Shown: positions 39,900-54,197, numbered from the stretch's first letter. The stretch is DNA of 64,000 nucleotides from Octopus vulgaris (GCA_951406725.2 OX597821.1:75330001-75394000); one strand, 5' to 3'. Numbers and translations: made by a program. Notes: generated from the sequence alone by a model not told the origin.

Positions 39900-40133
39900 T
39901 ATATTTCTTTACTGCCTACAAGGGGCTAAACATAGAGAGGACAGACAAGGACAGACAAACGGATCAAGTCGATTACATCGACCCCAGTGCGAAACATATA
40001 CTTTATTTATCGACCCCGAAAGGATGAAAGGCAAAGTCGACTTCGGCAGAATTTGAACTCAGGACGTAACGATAGATGAAATACTGCTAAGCATTTCGCC
40101 CGGCATGCTAACGTTTCTGCCAGCTCACCGCCC
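39900..40133 (-). mobile_element. SINE family A with 10-bp TSD
   Basis: tcaaggatat at 39890-39899 and 40140-40149. Confidence 0.85.
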
Positions 40134-40953
40134 TCCCGATCAAGGATATAAGTAAGCTGCAGAGTCTTGTGATAACGAAGAGGAAATAGACAATGAGCAG
40201 GCATTGTGACCTGTTGAAGCAAGGGAAAATGTAGAGACGAAGAAAAATGACATTACCATCAGGGGAAACAAATATGATATGCGACGAGAGGGTGATCTCC
40301 TCCTGTGTATCTATGACGCTCACAAAACGCCTAACAGAAAACAAGACCAACTGATTCCACAGTAGGGTAGCACCATTACAAGTCAGTCCCAGAAGCTGAT
40401 GAGTAGTATCTTCTTCACCAACCAACAGAACCGCACCGCCATCTTGAGACAATGAGGATGTACTAGAATTCAGGAAGAAGAAAGAGAAAAGTCGAAGGCA
40501 AAAGCGAAGTAAAAACACAAAGTTTAAGAAGGAAATTTGAAGTCGTGTAACATCTAAAGAAATATGAACTAGATGACAATGAGAAGAAATTTACCTTCAT
40601 TTGACAAGTGAAGCAGTCACGGGTGAATCTATGAACGGAGTTGTGGTCTGAAAGAAAGGACAACATGGTACGTAACAAAAGAGAATTAGACCAGAATAGA
40701 AGAAATATATATGTGATAGACATTCGTTGAAAAGTATCACCCGTTAAAGCAGGAGTATCCGGTGTTTTAACGTTCTGTGTGCAGATATCACGTTTGTTAG
40801 CGTCCTCTTTTATCTTCAGGGGCTGATAACATAAATTAGCAATCCAAGTTTAGGGTCGGGTCAACATAATCGACTGATCTCTGTCCCAAAATTTCAGGCG
40901 TTGTATCTATGATAAAAAATAATGGCAAAGTATTAATAGAATTGTTCGATAGT

Positions 40954-41183
40954 AAGGCGGCGAGCTGGCAGAAACGTTAGCACGCCGGGCGAAATGCCTA
41001 GCGGTATTTCATCTAACGCTACGTTCTGAGTTCAAATTTCGCAGAGGTCGACTTTGCCTTTCATCCTTTCGTGGTCGATAAAGTACCAGTTACGCACTGG
41101 GGTCGATGTAATCGACTTAATCCCTTTGTCTGTCCTTGTTTGTCCCCTTTGTGTTTAGCTCCTTGTGGGCAATAAAGGAATAA
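40954..41183 (+). mobile_element. SINE family A with 12-bp TSD
   Basis: ttgttcgatagt at 40942-40953 and 41187-41198. Confidence 0.9.
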
Positions 41184-41734
41184 GAGTTGTTCGATAGTCG
41201 GAGGAATTTGCGGTATTTGTTCAAGATCTCTACGTTTTGCGTTTAAATACCACTGTGATCAACTTTGCGCTTCGTCTTTCGGTGATCGATTAAGTCCTAG
41301 TTATGTACTGACGCTGATATCATTGACTGTTCCCTTACACCCAATGTGTGACCTTGTACGTAATGATAATAACACAAAGCGTCACTTTGAGAAATCACGT
41401 GTTGGGTTTCTCAATATTGTTTTGTTGTAGATTAATTTTCGGAAGTGACATTGAAGAACGTGGGCGGTTCATTGTCTTCTCTGTCTCCTATATAGAACTG
41501 AAACAGTTCTGAAAAGAATAGGCATGTATTTATTTTTGCAATCCAGTCGCTGTCAATTTTCCCACCGTGAACGGAAACGTATCACTGTGTGTGGAAAAAT
41601 AGAGAGAATGAAGGAATGGAAGACCGCTTTCCCTTATACACACGAGCAACAATCTCCTCGCATCTAGTTCAATGTTCAGAAAAATTTAAGAAGTAACAGA
41701 ATAACCAAACATCGCTGCGACCATAAGCTCAAGC

Positions 41735-42043
41735 TGTACTCCGTCGGTGACGAGATGACAAGAGTTGTAGTTGATGCGATCAACAGAACATCTTGCACAT
41801 GAAATTAACTTGCAAGTGGTTGAGCACTCTACAGACACGTCTCCCCTTAACATAGATCTCAAGGAAATTCAGCGTGAGTGGGTTAGGCATTTTGAATTAA
41901 AGTACAACTCATTTTTGCCAGCGGAGTGGGCTGGAGCAACGTGAAGTAAAGTGTATTGCTCAAGGGCACAACGCGTGGCAGGGAATCGAACTCACGACCT
42001 TACAATCGTGAGCCGAATGCCCTAACCACTAAGCCACGTGCCT
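41735..42043 (-). mobile_element. SINE family C with a distinct 3' tail
   Basis: minus-strand head ggcacgtggcttagtggttagggcattcggctcacgattgtaaggtcgtgagttcgattccc; tail shared with 45700-45850 and 60300-60490. Confidence 0.8.
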
Positions 42044-43176
42044 TCACTGCTACCATCAAACACCCTGGCCGCCCGCATCGCTCCTGATAGGCAAAGCAGT
42101 GGTGGCAGCCACAACTACAATAAAAATAAGCAAAAATATCAATGACACTATTAAGAAAAACAACATCAATGCACCTTCAATATCACTACCACTCCTACCA
42201 CCCGTAACTGCATCTAACTTCAGTAGCAAAGTCCGTTACACTGGAGAGAATCTCTAAAACTTTCTCAAACCCGCTCAGCCACTTCCAGTTGTCTGATGGA
42301 AAACGATTAGATTTGTTGAATATATCAATGTCGACGTGGAAAAATTAGAAAGCAATCTTTTTGGTCAGTGGCTAATGACGAGATTAGACGTCTGCAGATA
42401 AGACGCTTAGGAAACTAATTTGTAGGAAACTGACAGCGATTGGACTGTAAAATAGTAAAATAGATGGTCAAAAATCGTTAAGGTCTCTGTGAATGGAACC
42501 ATTAGGTGAGAGTCAGTAGAGCACAGCAAAAGCAATTAATGATCGAGATCAAAAGATTGGTGCTATTTATAGAAACGAGGTCGCAACCACCATGCATGTT
42601 GCGAAATTGCTAACTATTTGTTCCATGTGAAAAATGATTTTGTCAGGATTTAGGTGCATGTTCTTGGATTACAAAGAACAGCAATACATTCGATGGACTT
42701 CGTCTGGGTAAAATGAAAAGTACCTTTCGGTGAATTTCCTTTGTAAATAGAACCACCATTACGTATTCTACGAATTATAATCAACATCTCTTATTTTAGA
42801 CCTCTGTATGCAATCTTCCAAGAGAATTTTGCATGGTTGTTTGGTATTCGGTGGCAGAATAAAGACTGTTAGCATTATTAGCTACCTCACCTGTTGCAGA
42901 TTTCATCAGGAAAGGGATGGAGCAAAAATGACTGAACGTAGATAAGGTAAGGTTGCCCGAAAGATGCTGTGTGAAGGGTGAATCGCGGGATTTGAGTAGC
43001 CTGGCCCTTTGCGAGTTATATATATATATTTCCACCCATATACACACATATATATCTATGTCGTTCGCTAGCGTGCTAGCTGCATGTATTTATATATATA
43101 TATGTATGTATGTATGTATACATGTAGCTAGCGAGATAGATATATATTTATATGTGTGTGGAACTTTAAATCACTC

Positions 43177-43246
<70 letters not shown>

Positions 43247-43922
43247 TGTATGTATGTATGTATATATATATGTATATATATATATATACATATATTTATG
43301 CATGTGTATCTGTAAGTATGTATGTATGTACGTGGGTAGGTATATTCACGTGTATATTCGCATTTAGAGTTCTACAAATTTAAATATGTTAAGTGCCTTC
43401 TGCGCAGACGATAGAAAGCAGTTATGACATGGAAGTGAAAAGTCATTTGACACTAATAGCTTGAATTAAGCTCTGTGAGAACATGTAGTGAGCAGATATC
43501 TCTGACCAAGAACAAATGAGTTATCCGATATTTCTCTTATCAACTATGAGAACCATACGTCTGAAATATTGATCCAAGCTGCAGATAAGTTGGAGAGAAA
43601 TTTCTTACCTAAATTCAATCTCCCCAAGTGAATTATCATAATATAGTCTTTTCGAAAGGATATTGTTTCATTGGAGGCTTTTCATTTCTGTAGTGCTGAT
43701 TGAAGCAAGTTTGCTCATTATCACTCCAAGGTAAAATAAGTAGATTTTTCAAAGTGACAACTAAAGTAGAAAGAGTTAAGGTGACAGTTGCACCTTGTGA
43801 TTATTGTGAAGTGCTCTAGTTAAAACTTCGAAATGGAAAACTTGTAAATTCCTATGATTCGCTTAACAAGTGAACCCAGCACAACTACATCTGTACTTTT
43901 ATATGAAAATATCCATATTATG

Positions 43923-44523
43923 AAGGCGGCGAGCCGGCGAAATGCTTAGCGGTAATTCGTTTGTCTTTACGTTCTCAGTTCAAATTCCGCCGAGGTCGAC
44001 TTTGCCTTTCATCCTTTTGAGGTCGATAAATTAAGTACCAGTTGGGTACTGGGATTGATCTAATCGACTGGCCCCCTCCCTAAATCTTTCGGACCTTGTG
44101 CCTAGCGTAGAAAAGAATATTCATAGAGATTCTAAGGCGGCGAGCTGGTAGAAACGTTATCACACCAGGCGAAATGGTTCGCGGTATTTCGTCTGCCGTT
44201 ACGTTCTGAGTTCAAATTCCGCCAAGGTCGACTTTCATCCTTATACATTCGTCCCTTTCGATATCGATAATTAAGTACCAGTTACGCACTGGAGTCGATG
44301 TAATCGACTTAATCCGTTTGTCTGTCCTTGTTTGTCCCTTGTAGGTAGTAAGGAAATACGTATTTCGTCTGTTTTTATGTTCTGAGTTCAAATTCTGCCG
44401 AGATCGACTTTGCCTTTCATCATTTCGGGGTCGATAAATTAATTACCAGTTGCGCACTGGGGTTGATCAAATCGACTGGACCCCTCCCCCAAAATTTCGG
44501 GCCTTGTGCCTAGAGTAGAAAAG
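43923..44523 (+). mobile_element. SINE family A monomer plus dimer inside one 14-bp TSD
   Basis: three cores; aatatccatattat at 43908-43921 and 44524-44537. Confidence 0.85.
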
Positions 44524-45205
44524 AATATCCATATTATCAAATAAGCAAGACGTTTGCAGCAGTCCTGATCTATATGAAGTCTTACAATTGTAGAAAAACA
44601 CTTTTTTATATATTATATGCAGTAATTTGTTAAGACAATCATTAATTCATTAAGGTTGTAACTATATATTGTGAAGATGAAGGTGACAAGGATATAAATT
44701 TTGACTTTTATCTAAGTATCGAGTCATAACATTTGGAAAATGAATGACTCGATACTTAATTGTCTGGATTGAGGCAATCTGACTATTTCGCCAGTTGGTA
44801 AGAAAATGCTAAAAGAAGGGAAAAACAACGTTGAGAAAAACAACGAAACAAAAGATATTGTAATTGATTTTATAATTTGTTTCGGAAATATCCACGGAAG
44901 TACTATTATCATCAAGTAGATGAATTTACTAACCTGCGACCTGTAACTTGTTTGATAAGTGCTAATGCACGAAACTCTAGGCCTTTGAGTCACACTCTTA
45001 CTTCTGCTAAGTATTAATATATATATATATATATACACACACACAGAAGAATTTCTAGTTGGAGGTATCTGATATGTTTCTCTTACATGTACAATTTTCT
45101 AACTCCTATAAGCAAATGGAACGCGAGAAATGGTAAATAAATGATTCCGAACATTTACCCAATCTCCTGTATTGATAAATATACATATATCTATGTGTGT
45201 GTGTT

Positions 45206-45257
<52 letters not shown>

Positions 45258-45699
45258 AATGCATGTCTCTGTGTACGTTCGTATATGTATACATATGTGT
45301 ATATATATGTAGATATATTAAAAATACGCAATAGAATCAGCTCTGTGACGTAAATATTATAAATGCCACCGAAATCATTTAAGCCAATTTTTAAATGCCA
45401 GAAGCTGAGGATTTTCGAACTCCAAAAGTCCCTTTACAGACATATAATGCTTAAGAATATCTGCCCGACGAACGAGAACGTGAAACTCGGAGTAACAGTT
45501 TTTTTTTTTGTTATGTCTTTGCAGTTTTATCAATAAAACCTATTACTCGACCTACGGTATTCGAGAATAATTTGTCCCACCTTGTTTCACAATTACGTGC
45601 TTATTTTGGTATATATTTATATATATACCTGTATGTGTGTGCGTGTACATACAAATAAACGCACACACATATACATACACATTTATACATTCGTCCCTT

Positions 45700-45960
45700 T
45701 GCATTCCGTCGGTTGCAACAACGGCTGTTCTTGTTGATCCTTGCATGTGAAACTAACGTGCAAGTGAGAAAGTACTGCACAGACACACCTACTCTTCACC
45801 AAGCGAGATTCAGCGTGACACAGAATGTGACAAGGATTGCCCCTTTGTCCGTTCAGGTGCAACTCGGAGCAACGTGAAATAATGGGCATAATGCACAACC
45901 GGGTATCGAACTAACTGCCTTACGATCGTGGACCAAATACCTTAACCATAAGGCCATACA
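45700..45960 (-). mobile_element. SINE family C, decayed
   Basis: gggtatcgaac...cgatcgtg...taaccataaggcca head and attcagcgtgacacagaatgtgacaagg tail. Confidence 0.7.
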
Positions 45961-45998
45961 CATTCACTAAATACATGCATACATACATACATACATAC

Positions 45999-46687
45999 AA
46001 ATAAGAACACGTAATATCGTAGAAGCCATAGCCACTCATAATGAAAAGGAATACTGGTGGAATGTACTAGTAAAGACCTCAATAAAACGTAAGCATAACA
46101 GACCTGATATAATGATTTGGGATAGAGAAGTGTAACTGTGTACAGTTGTGGAAATTAGCTACACTGCGGATGTTAATATAAAACTGAAGATCAGTGAAGA
46201 AGAAAACACCTAGGTTAAACTATTGAGAAATCTGCAGTTACTCTATACAGATTACAAGTTCAGGTTTATACCCTGGGATATGTAACACACTGCCTAGATA
46301 CCAATCTTGAGAAATTAGGTTTCGCAAAACCAGAAAGGAGAAAGCTAATTCGAAGATTACAGATCCAATCCATCACTGAAACTGTAAAATCTGTATAACT
46401 TTCCAGAAGTTTATCATTTAAAATATCTATGAACATGTCTTGATAAGCAGCTATATGCATGAGAATACATGTATGAGAAAACATACAAATCTGCATACAT
46501 ACATACATACATACATACATACATACATACATACATACATACATACATACATACATACATACATACAAACAAACAAAATACCCTGTTGTTGATGCTGAAA
46601 TTCCAATGAAGGAACTTTGAATCTAGGTAAGAAACCGGCTCTTTCTCTGTTGGCAAGAAATCTTGAAATAAAACTTAACAATGACAT
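45999..46687 (+). mobile_element. 3' end of an RLE-type non-LTR retrotransposon (R4/Dong-like) in (CATA)n
   Basis: reads EYWWNVLVKTSIKRKHNRPDIMIWDREV*LCTVVEISY.ADVNIKLKISEEEN: the RPD...E...K restriction-like endonuclease motif; flanked by (CATA)n. Confidence 0.7.
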
Positions 46688-46909
46688 ACGTTCATACATA
46701 CGTACGTACATACATATATTCATATATAAATACATACATACATACATACGTTAATACATATGTCTCTTAACTCAAAAAGTCTTGTTGCTTTCTTAACAAC
46801 CGGTTTGAAGTCACTAAAGAACTTCAATCAAACTCAAAGAAAAGTTATACATACATAAATATATACATGCATGCACAAACACAGACAGACAGACATATAG
46901 ATAGATAGG

Positions 46910-46954
<45 letters not shown>

Positions 46955-46976
46955 TGATTGATTGATTGATTGATAA

Positions 46977-47041
<65 letters not shown>

Positions 47042-47779
47042 GCATGTAATAATTTATTTTAAAATTTTGGCGGACTCTAGATTTGCTTCCATTATAATGT
47101 AAAATATTACAGCTTCAATTATAACAAATTAGTAACTTTTTGGTCACTAAAAGTGGTACATCTTCCGCCCTTTCATTAAGCGTTCTGTATACAGAAGGCA
47201 TTTTTTTTGGAAAATCCTCATTCTTCACCTGTCAACTTAAACAGTAACTGTTATTATATTTTTACTAAGTTCTTCTTTTTCGGATAATATACTATTTTGC
47301 GTATATTTCTGTGAAAGCATGCATATGTATATCATACAAAAAGTAGTGAGAAGAAAACAATACATACATTTGAACACGGACAGATACACACACACACACT
47401 CGTACACACACATACACAACGCGCGCGCACACGCACACGCACAAACAGACAGAGAAACACGTGCGCGCACAGACACATATTTATGTGCATATATATTGGA
47501 TATATGCCTGTGCGTGTGTGTGTGTGTGTGTTTATGTACTTGGGTATGTATGTATATATAAACACTGACCGTAATACAATTGATATACAGAAACACACAT
47601 AGAGAAGCAGACACATACATACATACATACGTATATACACACACGATAAGCAGAAGTACAAAGATAAACCACATGTAAACCAATATATGATGAAATCTAA
47701 CAAGATTTACCGTTATATAAAATATAAAAATCCGTAATAAAAAAGATCAAAGTTGAACTTAATTGTTTCTAACATTAAA

Positions 47780-48232
<453 letters not shown>

Positions 48233-48480
48233 CGTACTATATCTATTAAAAACATTTTAATCGCCTGAAATTTAGACAGTTATGTTTTGAGAAATGTTCA
48301 ATGTCTAATTTTTTCTTTATTTCTTGTCTTGTCTGTTTTTTTTTTATTTCTTTGTATTTTGATGGGTTTTTTTTTCCAGCCGCAAGTGAAGAATATCGCC
48401 ACAGCTTGCCAGGGTTTGGCATCATTAAGACGATAAAATAAAAATTATAAAAATATACGACAAGCTGGTGCTAGATAATG

Positions 48481-48518
<38 letters not shown>

Positions 48519-48714
48519 TTGCGAGTCAGTGGGTGAATGAGAGAGTGAGAGAAATGTTACTGAAATCTTAAAGGCAAAAGAAACAAGTGATAAACAGAGA
48601 GAGAGAGCGAAAGGCAGAAGAAATGCGTAGTTAAAGCTGAGAGAGTGTTTGCTGAGATCTTAATAAAATGAACAGAGAGAGATATGTTGCCAATGCCTTG
48701 GAGGTGAAGATACA

Positions 48715-49460
48715 AAAAAAGAGAGAGAGGACGAGGAAGAGAGTTTCTGGGAGAGAAAGAGAGAGAGAGAGAGAGGAGGGAAGATAGAGAAGGAGAGAGG
48801 GGGGAAGATAGAGAAGGTGAGAGAGGGGGGAAGATAGAGAAGGTGAGAGAGATAAGTAAAGTGATGAGATAGAACTAAATGTATAAACGTGGTAAAGAGG
48901 TAGAAACTTGATGACTGCAGCTCTTATGAATGTTTAAGTGAGTGTGTTTATTTATAAGTATGTGTGTGTTAGAGAGAGGGGAGGAAGGAATTGGGGTGAG
49001 AAAAAGGAAAGATAGGAAGAAAGAAGGAAAGAGGTAAAGGAAGAAAGAAAGGAAAGGAGGCAATGGAATTACCGGGAAATCTTAATTTGGAAAAGGCATT
49101 GAGTTAGGCAGAGATGGGCAAGACAGAAATAGATAGCGGAGAGGTGGAGGAAAAGAAGAGAGAGTGAGAGGGAAAGACAAAGACAGAGAGAGTGAGAGAA
49201 AGAGAAAGAAAGAGAGAGAGACAAAGAGAAAGAAAGAGAGAGAAACAGAAAGAGAGAGAGAGAGAAAGAGCGAGGGAACGGAGAGAGAGTGAGAGAGAGA
49301 AAGGAAAGAAAGAGAGAGAGAGAGAAGGAGTGAGAGGACGGAGGGGGAGTGAGAAAGGAATGGGGAGAGAGAGAGAAAAGAAAGAAAGAGAAAGAGAGAG
49401 AGGACGGCGAGAAAGTGAGAGAGAGAAAGAAAGGAAAGAGAGAGAGAGAGAGAGAGAGTA
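48715..49460. repeat. polypurine (GA-rich) low-complexity region with short internal duplications
   Basis: ggggaagatagagaagg x3 at about 48777-48845; long (GA)n-derived tract 49135-49460. Confidence 0.85.
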
Positions 49461-49698
49461 GGGGGATGTAATCCAGAGAAGCAAAAAGTAAACATGTCGG
49501 TTCTGGTAATTAGAAAATATAAATGCCAGCGAAACAAAGCTAAAAATATTGCGTAAAATCAATAATAATATTTTTGCCCGCCAAAAGCCTTGAATGTTTT
49601 AATAACATCGAAAGAGAATTTGTTTGCGTTTAACCTTTGGTTCGTTTTGGAATCTCAGACCAGCGGTGATACTGATGGTGAGAGGAAGAGAGGATGCG

Positions 49699-49745
<47 letters not shown>

Positions 49746-50544
49746 AGATGGAGAGGGAGAGACAGAGAGAAGTTGGTTAACAAACGATGGCAATGTAGGA
49801 AAAAAAGAAGGGAGATTGTGAAGGAAAAAATGAGAGCGAAACACAGAGGAAAGAAAATGAGAAATTTAAGAGAAAGACGTGCGTTGGAAAGAGTGAAATG
49901 GGGAATAGAGATTGAAAACGGGGTAAATATCGAGAGAGAATAACATGAGAAGATGGACATGGGGGATTATGGAGGAATGTTGAGAAGCATAGTTATAAAT
50001 ACTGGAGTAAATATTAGAAAGAGAACAAAAGACAGGCATTATAGATAAGGAGAGAGAGAGAGGGGGGAAAGAGAGAGCGAGAGAGTGTTTTGGATGAAAT
50101 ACACAGATGATAGGTAATGAAAGAGGGAGAGAGAATGATTTGTAGAGAAATGAATGCAGGCAGTGGAGAGTGGCAGAAGTTGGTATAAGCAAGGAAGATA
50201 AGAGAAACAAGAAGTCAAATTTTGAAGGCAGAAGAAATGTTGATAGCTAATGACTGAAGATGAACAGAAATGTGTAAATTGGTTTGTCACTGTTGTAGGG
50301 ATTGGCCAAAACTCGTCTTTCTGGCTTCCCTTAATTTTGTCATCTCAATGTAAATTGTAAGAGTCTTTGGTAACAGAGAAATGATGGCGACGACGACGAT
50401 GACGATGACGACGGAGATGATGATGGTAAACATGATAACGATGAACTTTTCGGTTATAGGCACAAGGTCTGAAATTTGAGAGGAAGGGCCACGTAGTTTC
50501 TGAAGGGAAGGAGAAGTGGATTACATGAACTCCAATACTTAACT

Positions 50545-50760
50545 GGTTTCAAATTTGGGCACAAAGCCAGTAATTTCGGGGGAGGGTGTAAGACGATTGC
50601 ATCAACCTCAGTGCTCAACTAGTACCTATTTTATCGACCTCGAAAGAATGAAAGGTATAATCAATCGACCCCAGCGAAATTTGATCTCAGAACGTAAAGA
50701 CGGTCGAAATGCTGCCAAGCAATATGTTCGGTGTGCTACCGTTTCTGCCAACTCACCGCC
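50545..50760 (-). mobile_element. SINE family A, decayed
   Basis: tacctattttatcgacctcgaaagaatgaaagg...tttctgccaactcaccgcc. Confidence 0.75.
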
Positions 50761-50761
50761 C

Positions 50762-50820
<59 letters not shown>

Positions 50821-50979
50821 GAAGAAGAAGAAGAAGAAGAAGAAGAAAAAGAAGAAGAAGAAGAAAAAGAAGAAGAAGAAGAAGAAGAAGAAAAAGGATG
50901 AGGAGCGTTACATTAGTTCACTGGTAGTGAACTGTTGGCACCGTAGTACATCTCCAGCGTTAGAAGATGTGTAGACAAT

Positions 50980-51104
<125 letters not shown>

Positions 51105-51113
51105 ATAATAATA

Positions 51114-51495
51114 ATTGAGAAAGAAAGCAAACTGTGTTGGATCATAGATATAACATGCCCAGCTGACAACAAGGTATGCGATAAGGAAGAAAGAAAAGTT
51201 GATAGATATGATAGGTTAGCTTGGGAATTTAAACAGTTGTGGTCGATGAAAAAGGTGGTAGTAGTACCAATAATTACCGGAGCCCTGGGAACAGGGAGTA
51301 AAAATCTTAAGAAGTACATGGAACAAATAGGGGCAGCAATAAGGGTGGACCACTTGCAGAAAACAGCACTGCTTGGAACCGCTCGAATACTCCGGAAGGT
51401 GCTCGAAAAATAAGGGGTGTTACTTTTGCTCACTAGTAATGAACAGCTGATACTGTAATACATCTCCAGCGTTAGTAGCTGTGCAAAGGCATTGA
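51114..51495 (+). mobile_element. R4/Dong-clade non-LTR retrotransposon 3' end (RLE domain plus 3' UTR) in (TAA)n
   Basis: 51114-51413 is stop-free: IEKESKLCWIIDITCPADNKVCDKEERKVDRYDRLAWEFKQLWSMKKVVVVPIITGALGT...LQKTALLGTARILRKVLEK*; followed by a UTR and (TAA)n. Confidence 0.85.
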
Positions 51496-51503
51496 TAATA
51501 ATG

Positions 51504-51573
<70 letters not shown>

Positions 51574-51581
51574 CAACAACA

Positions 51582-51630
<49 letters not shown>

Positions 51631-51631
51631 T

Positions 51632-51662
<31 letters not shown>

Positions 51663-52289
51663 TAATAATAATAATGATAATAATAATAATGATAATAATA
51701 AAGTTACATAGAAATGCCGATGATGGGGAGAGCAAAGCAAGAGAAGAAGAGGAGGAAGTGGAAGAGAAGGAGGAGGAGGAGGAGGAGGAAGAGGAGGATA
51801 AGAAATTAGTAAATGAAAGATGAAAATAATTGCTGGAAATTATGAGAGCCTAAAAGTAGAAATCTAGTTAAGACGTTGATGAGTATTTAGTTAGGGGAAA
51901 AAAAGGAGTTGAGATGAGTAAGAAGAAGGAGCAAGTTATAATAACAGCTGATTGCTGAAATGTTAAGTGTGGCTTGGAGGGAGAAAGTATTGATTAAATT
52001 GAGCGGTGAGGGGAGGAGGGAGATAATATATACGTGAGGAAGAAGAAGAGAAACATTTAGAAAGAGAGAGAGGGAAGGAGAGAAAAAGGGGAACTGAGCT
52101 ACTGGGAGGATAAATGCTGGTGGTGATGGCAGTGGTGGTGGTGTTGTGGAGGTGGTGGTGGTGGTGGTGGTGGTTATCTTCTCTTCAGCAAAGTATTTAG
52201 CGTACCGCTTAATGGAATACCATTTGATGAAATTATTTATTTTCGCGAATTACTGAATTAATTTACCAGCTAATCAAGTCAATTTGATA

Positions 52290-52560
52290 AGTGACCTATC
52301 GGAGTGCGTGTGTTCCGAATAACACATACCCTCGGGACGATTCTTCGCCTTATTAGCTGTGGTGGTGGCGGTGGCGGTGGTGGCGGTGGTGGTGATGGCG
52401 CTGCAATAGTTTGTTGATATGAGCGCTGAGAGTAGTTTTGCGCGCGAGCCTCACGGCAGACAGTCACGGTAGAGGAGTGCGCACGTTGGCGGCGAGGTCG
52501 GTGGGGGAGGGTGTAGCTGGAGATTAGCAAATAGTCGAAGCTGGGCATGGAGATAGTGTG
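52290..52560. promoter_or_regulatory. CpG/GC-rich unique patch, candidate promoter or first exon
   Basis: many CpGs (gcgcgcgagcctcacggc, gtgcgcacgttggcggcgaggtcgg) against an AT-rich background; matches no repeat elsewhere in the window. Confidence 0.35.
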
Positions 52561-53182
52561 ACATGTTGTGGCTGTGGTGGTGGTTGTGGTGGTGGTTGTG
52601 GTGGTGTTGGTGAGCAGAATTGCCTGTTCTACAATTGGAGTATTTGCTGCCATTTAATGACAGGAAAGAAAGAATTTAGCACTGTTTTTATGGCGACAAA
52701 TTTGCTGTTAATGTTGTTGTTACAATTAGTGGTTTCGGTTCAGTGGAGATGATTGGAAAAAGAGATATTTGCCTTCAACAACATGGAAGACACGAACGAC
52801 TGATTCCTGCGTTGTGTTCTGTTTTGCCTTCTTTTAGTTTTCTTTTACTCAACATTGAGGCATGAGAGCGTCGACAACTCGCAGTCTGTGGTTTACAAAT
52901 ACCAAATCACCTTTGCTTTTACATCAGCAACTTTAGTTATATAACCCCCTATTTTGATGACATTAATAACATCAACCTTTCCAAGCTATTTTCTTTATAT
53001 GTAGTTGCTTTGTGGGTTTATAATTATTATTAGAAAATTGTTCCGTCAAAGAGTCAGTCTATGTAAGTCTTTTGCAGGAAAATACGCCTGCTCTCATTTT
53101 ATTTTGAGGAAAGTTTTCGTCCTTAGGGATGACAAGTTAATAGCTTTGTTTGCTATTAATGTTTGTATTATAACTTGGATAA

Positions 53183-53610
53183 GGGCGGCGAGCTGGCAGA
53201 ATCGTTAGCACGCTGGACGAAATGTTTAACGGTATTTCTCCCGTCGCTATGTTCTAAGTTCAAATTCCGCCGAGATCGCTTTTGCTTTTCATCTTTTCGG
53301 GGTTGATTAATCGATTAATTAAGTACTATTTACATAATGAGGGGTGGGGTGATGTAATCTATTATCCCCTTCCCTCAAATTTCAGGCCTTGTGCCTATAG
53401 TAGAAAGGATATTACATGGATAAAGGTGGTGAGCGGGCAGAATCGTTTGCAAGCTGGACGAAATGTTTAGAGTTCAAATTCCGCCGAGATCGACTTTGCT
53501 TTTCATCCTTTCGGGGGTCGATAAAATAAGTACCAGTTGAACACTGGGGTCGATGTAATCGACTCATCCTCTCCCCCAAAATGGCTGCCTATGTGACAAA
53601 ATTTGAAACC
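53183..53610 (+). mobile_element. two tandem SINE family A copies
   Basis: heads at about 53183 and 53425; target motif atta(ta)ac(a/t)tggata present three times. Confidence 0.85.
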
Positions 53611-54134
53611 ATTATAACATGGATATATCGAATGACAACTTCTCATGATATTTTATGCTCTGGAAGCCGTACATACGGTGAATATTATTGCAACATAAAC
53701 TGCTAAATACTATAATTTGAGACAATTATAGACAACTGAAAGCAGAGAGGACGAGCATTTGCGGCACACTTTTGACGGGGCATAAAAACAAGTAAGTGAT
53801 ACTTGACTTTCTCTTTTCCCAACATTTCCATTGTTTGCATCAATCAACATTTCCTGGCAATTTAAAGAGACAGTAAAATTTGGGTGAAGCCAAGCCATTG
53901 CTGGGCCTTAAACATTACTCGGGCGGCTTTTGTCCTTCGGAAGGTACTGAAGACCATATTTCTTTTCTTTCTTTTTTCTCTCAAACTAAATAATCGAATA
54001 TTAGATATTCGATTATTTTTATAGATAATTCGAATATTAGATATTCGACAAAATAATAGATTATCCACTATGCCATATGCCAACGGATTACTAACCCCAA
54101 GATTCAGAGTTCGATTACAAGTAGTAACCTGAAC

Positions 54135-54197
<63 letters not shown>

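Noticed and set aside
39540-40730. Possible LINE RT relic around the 39900 SINE (and an endonuclease-like relic at 42300-42700)
   Set aside because: Only faint motif echoes; too decayed to call by eye
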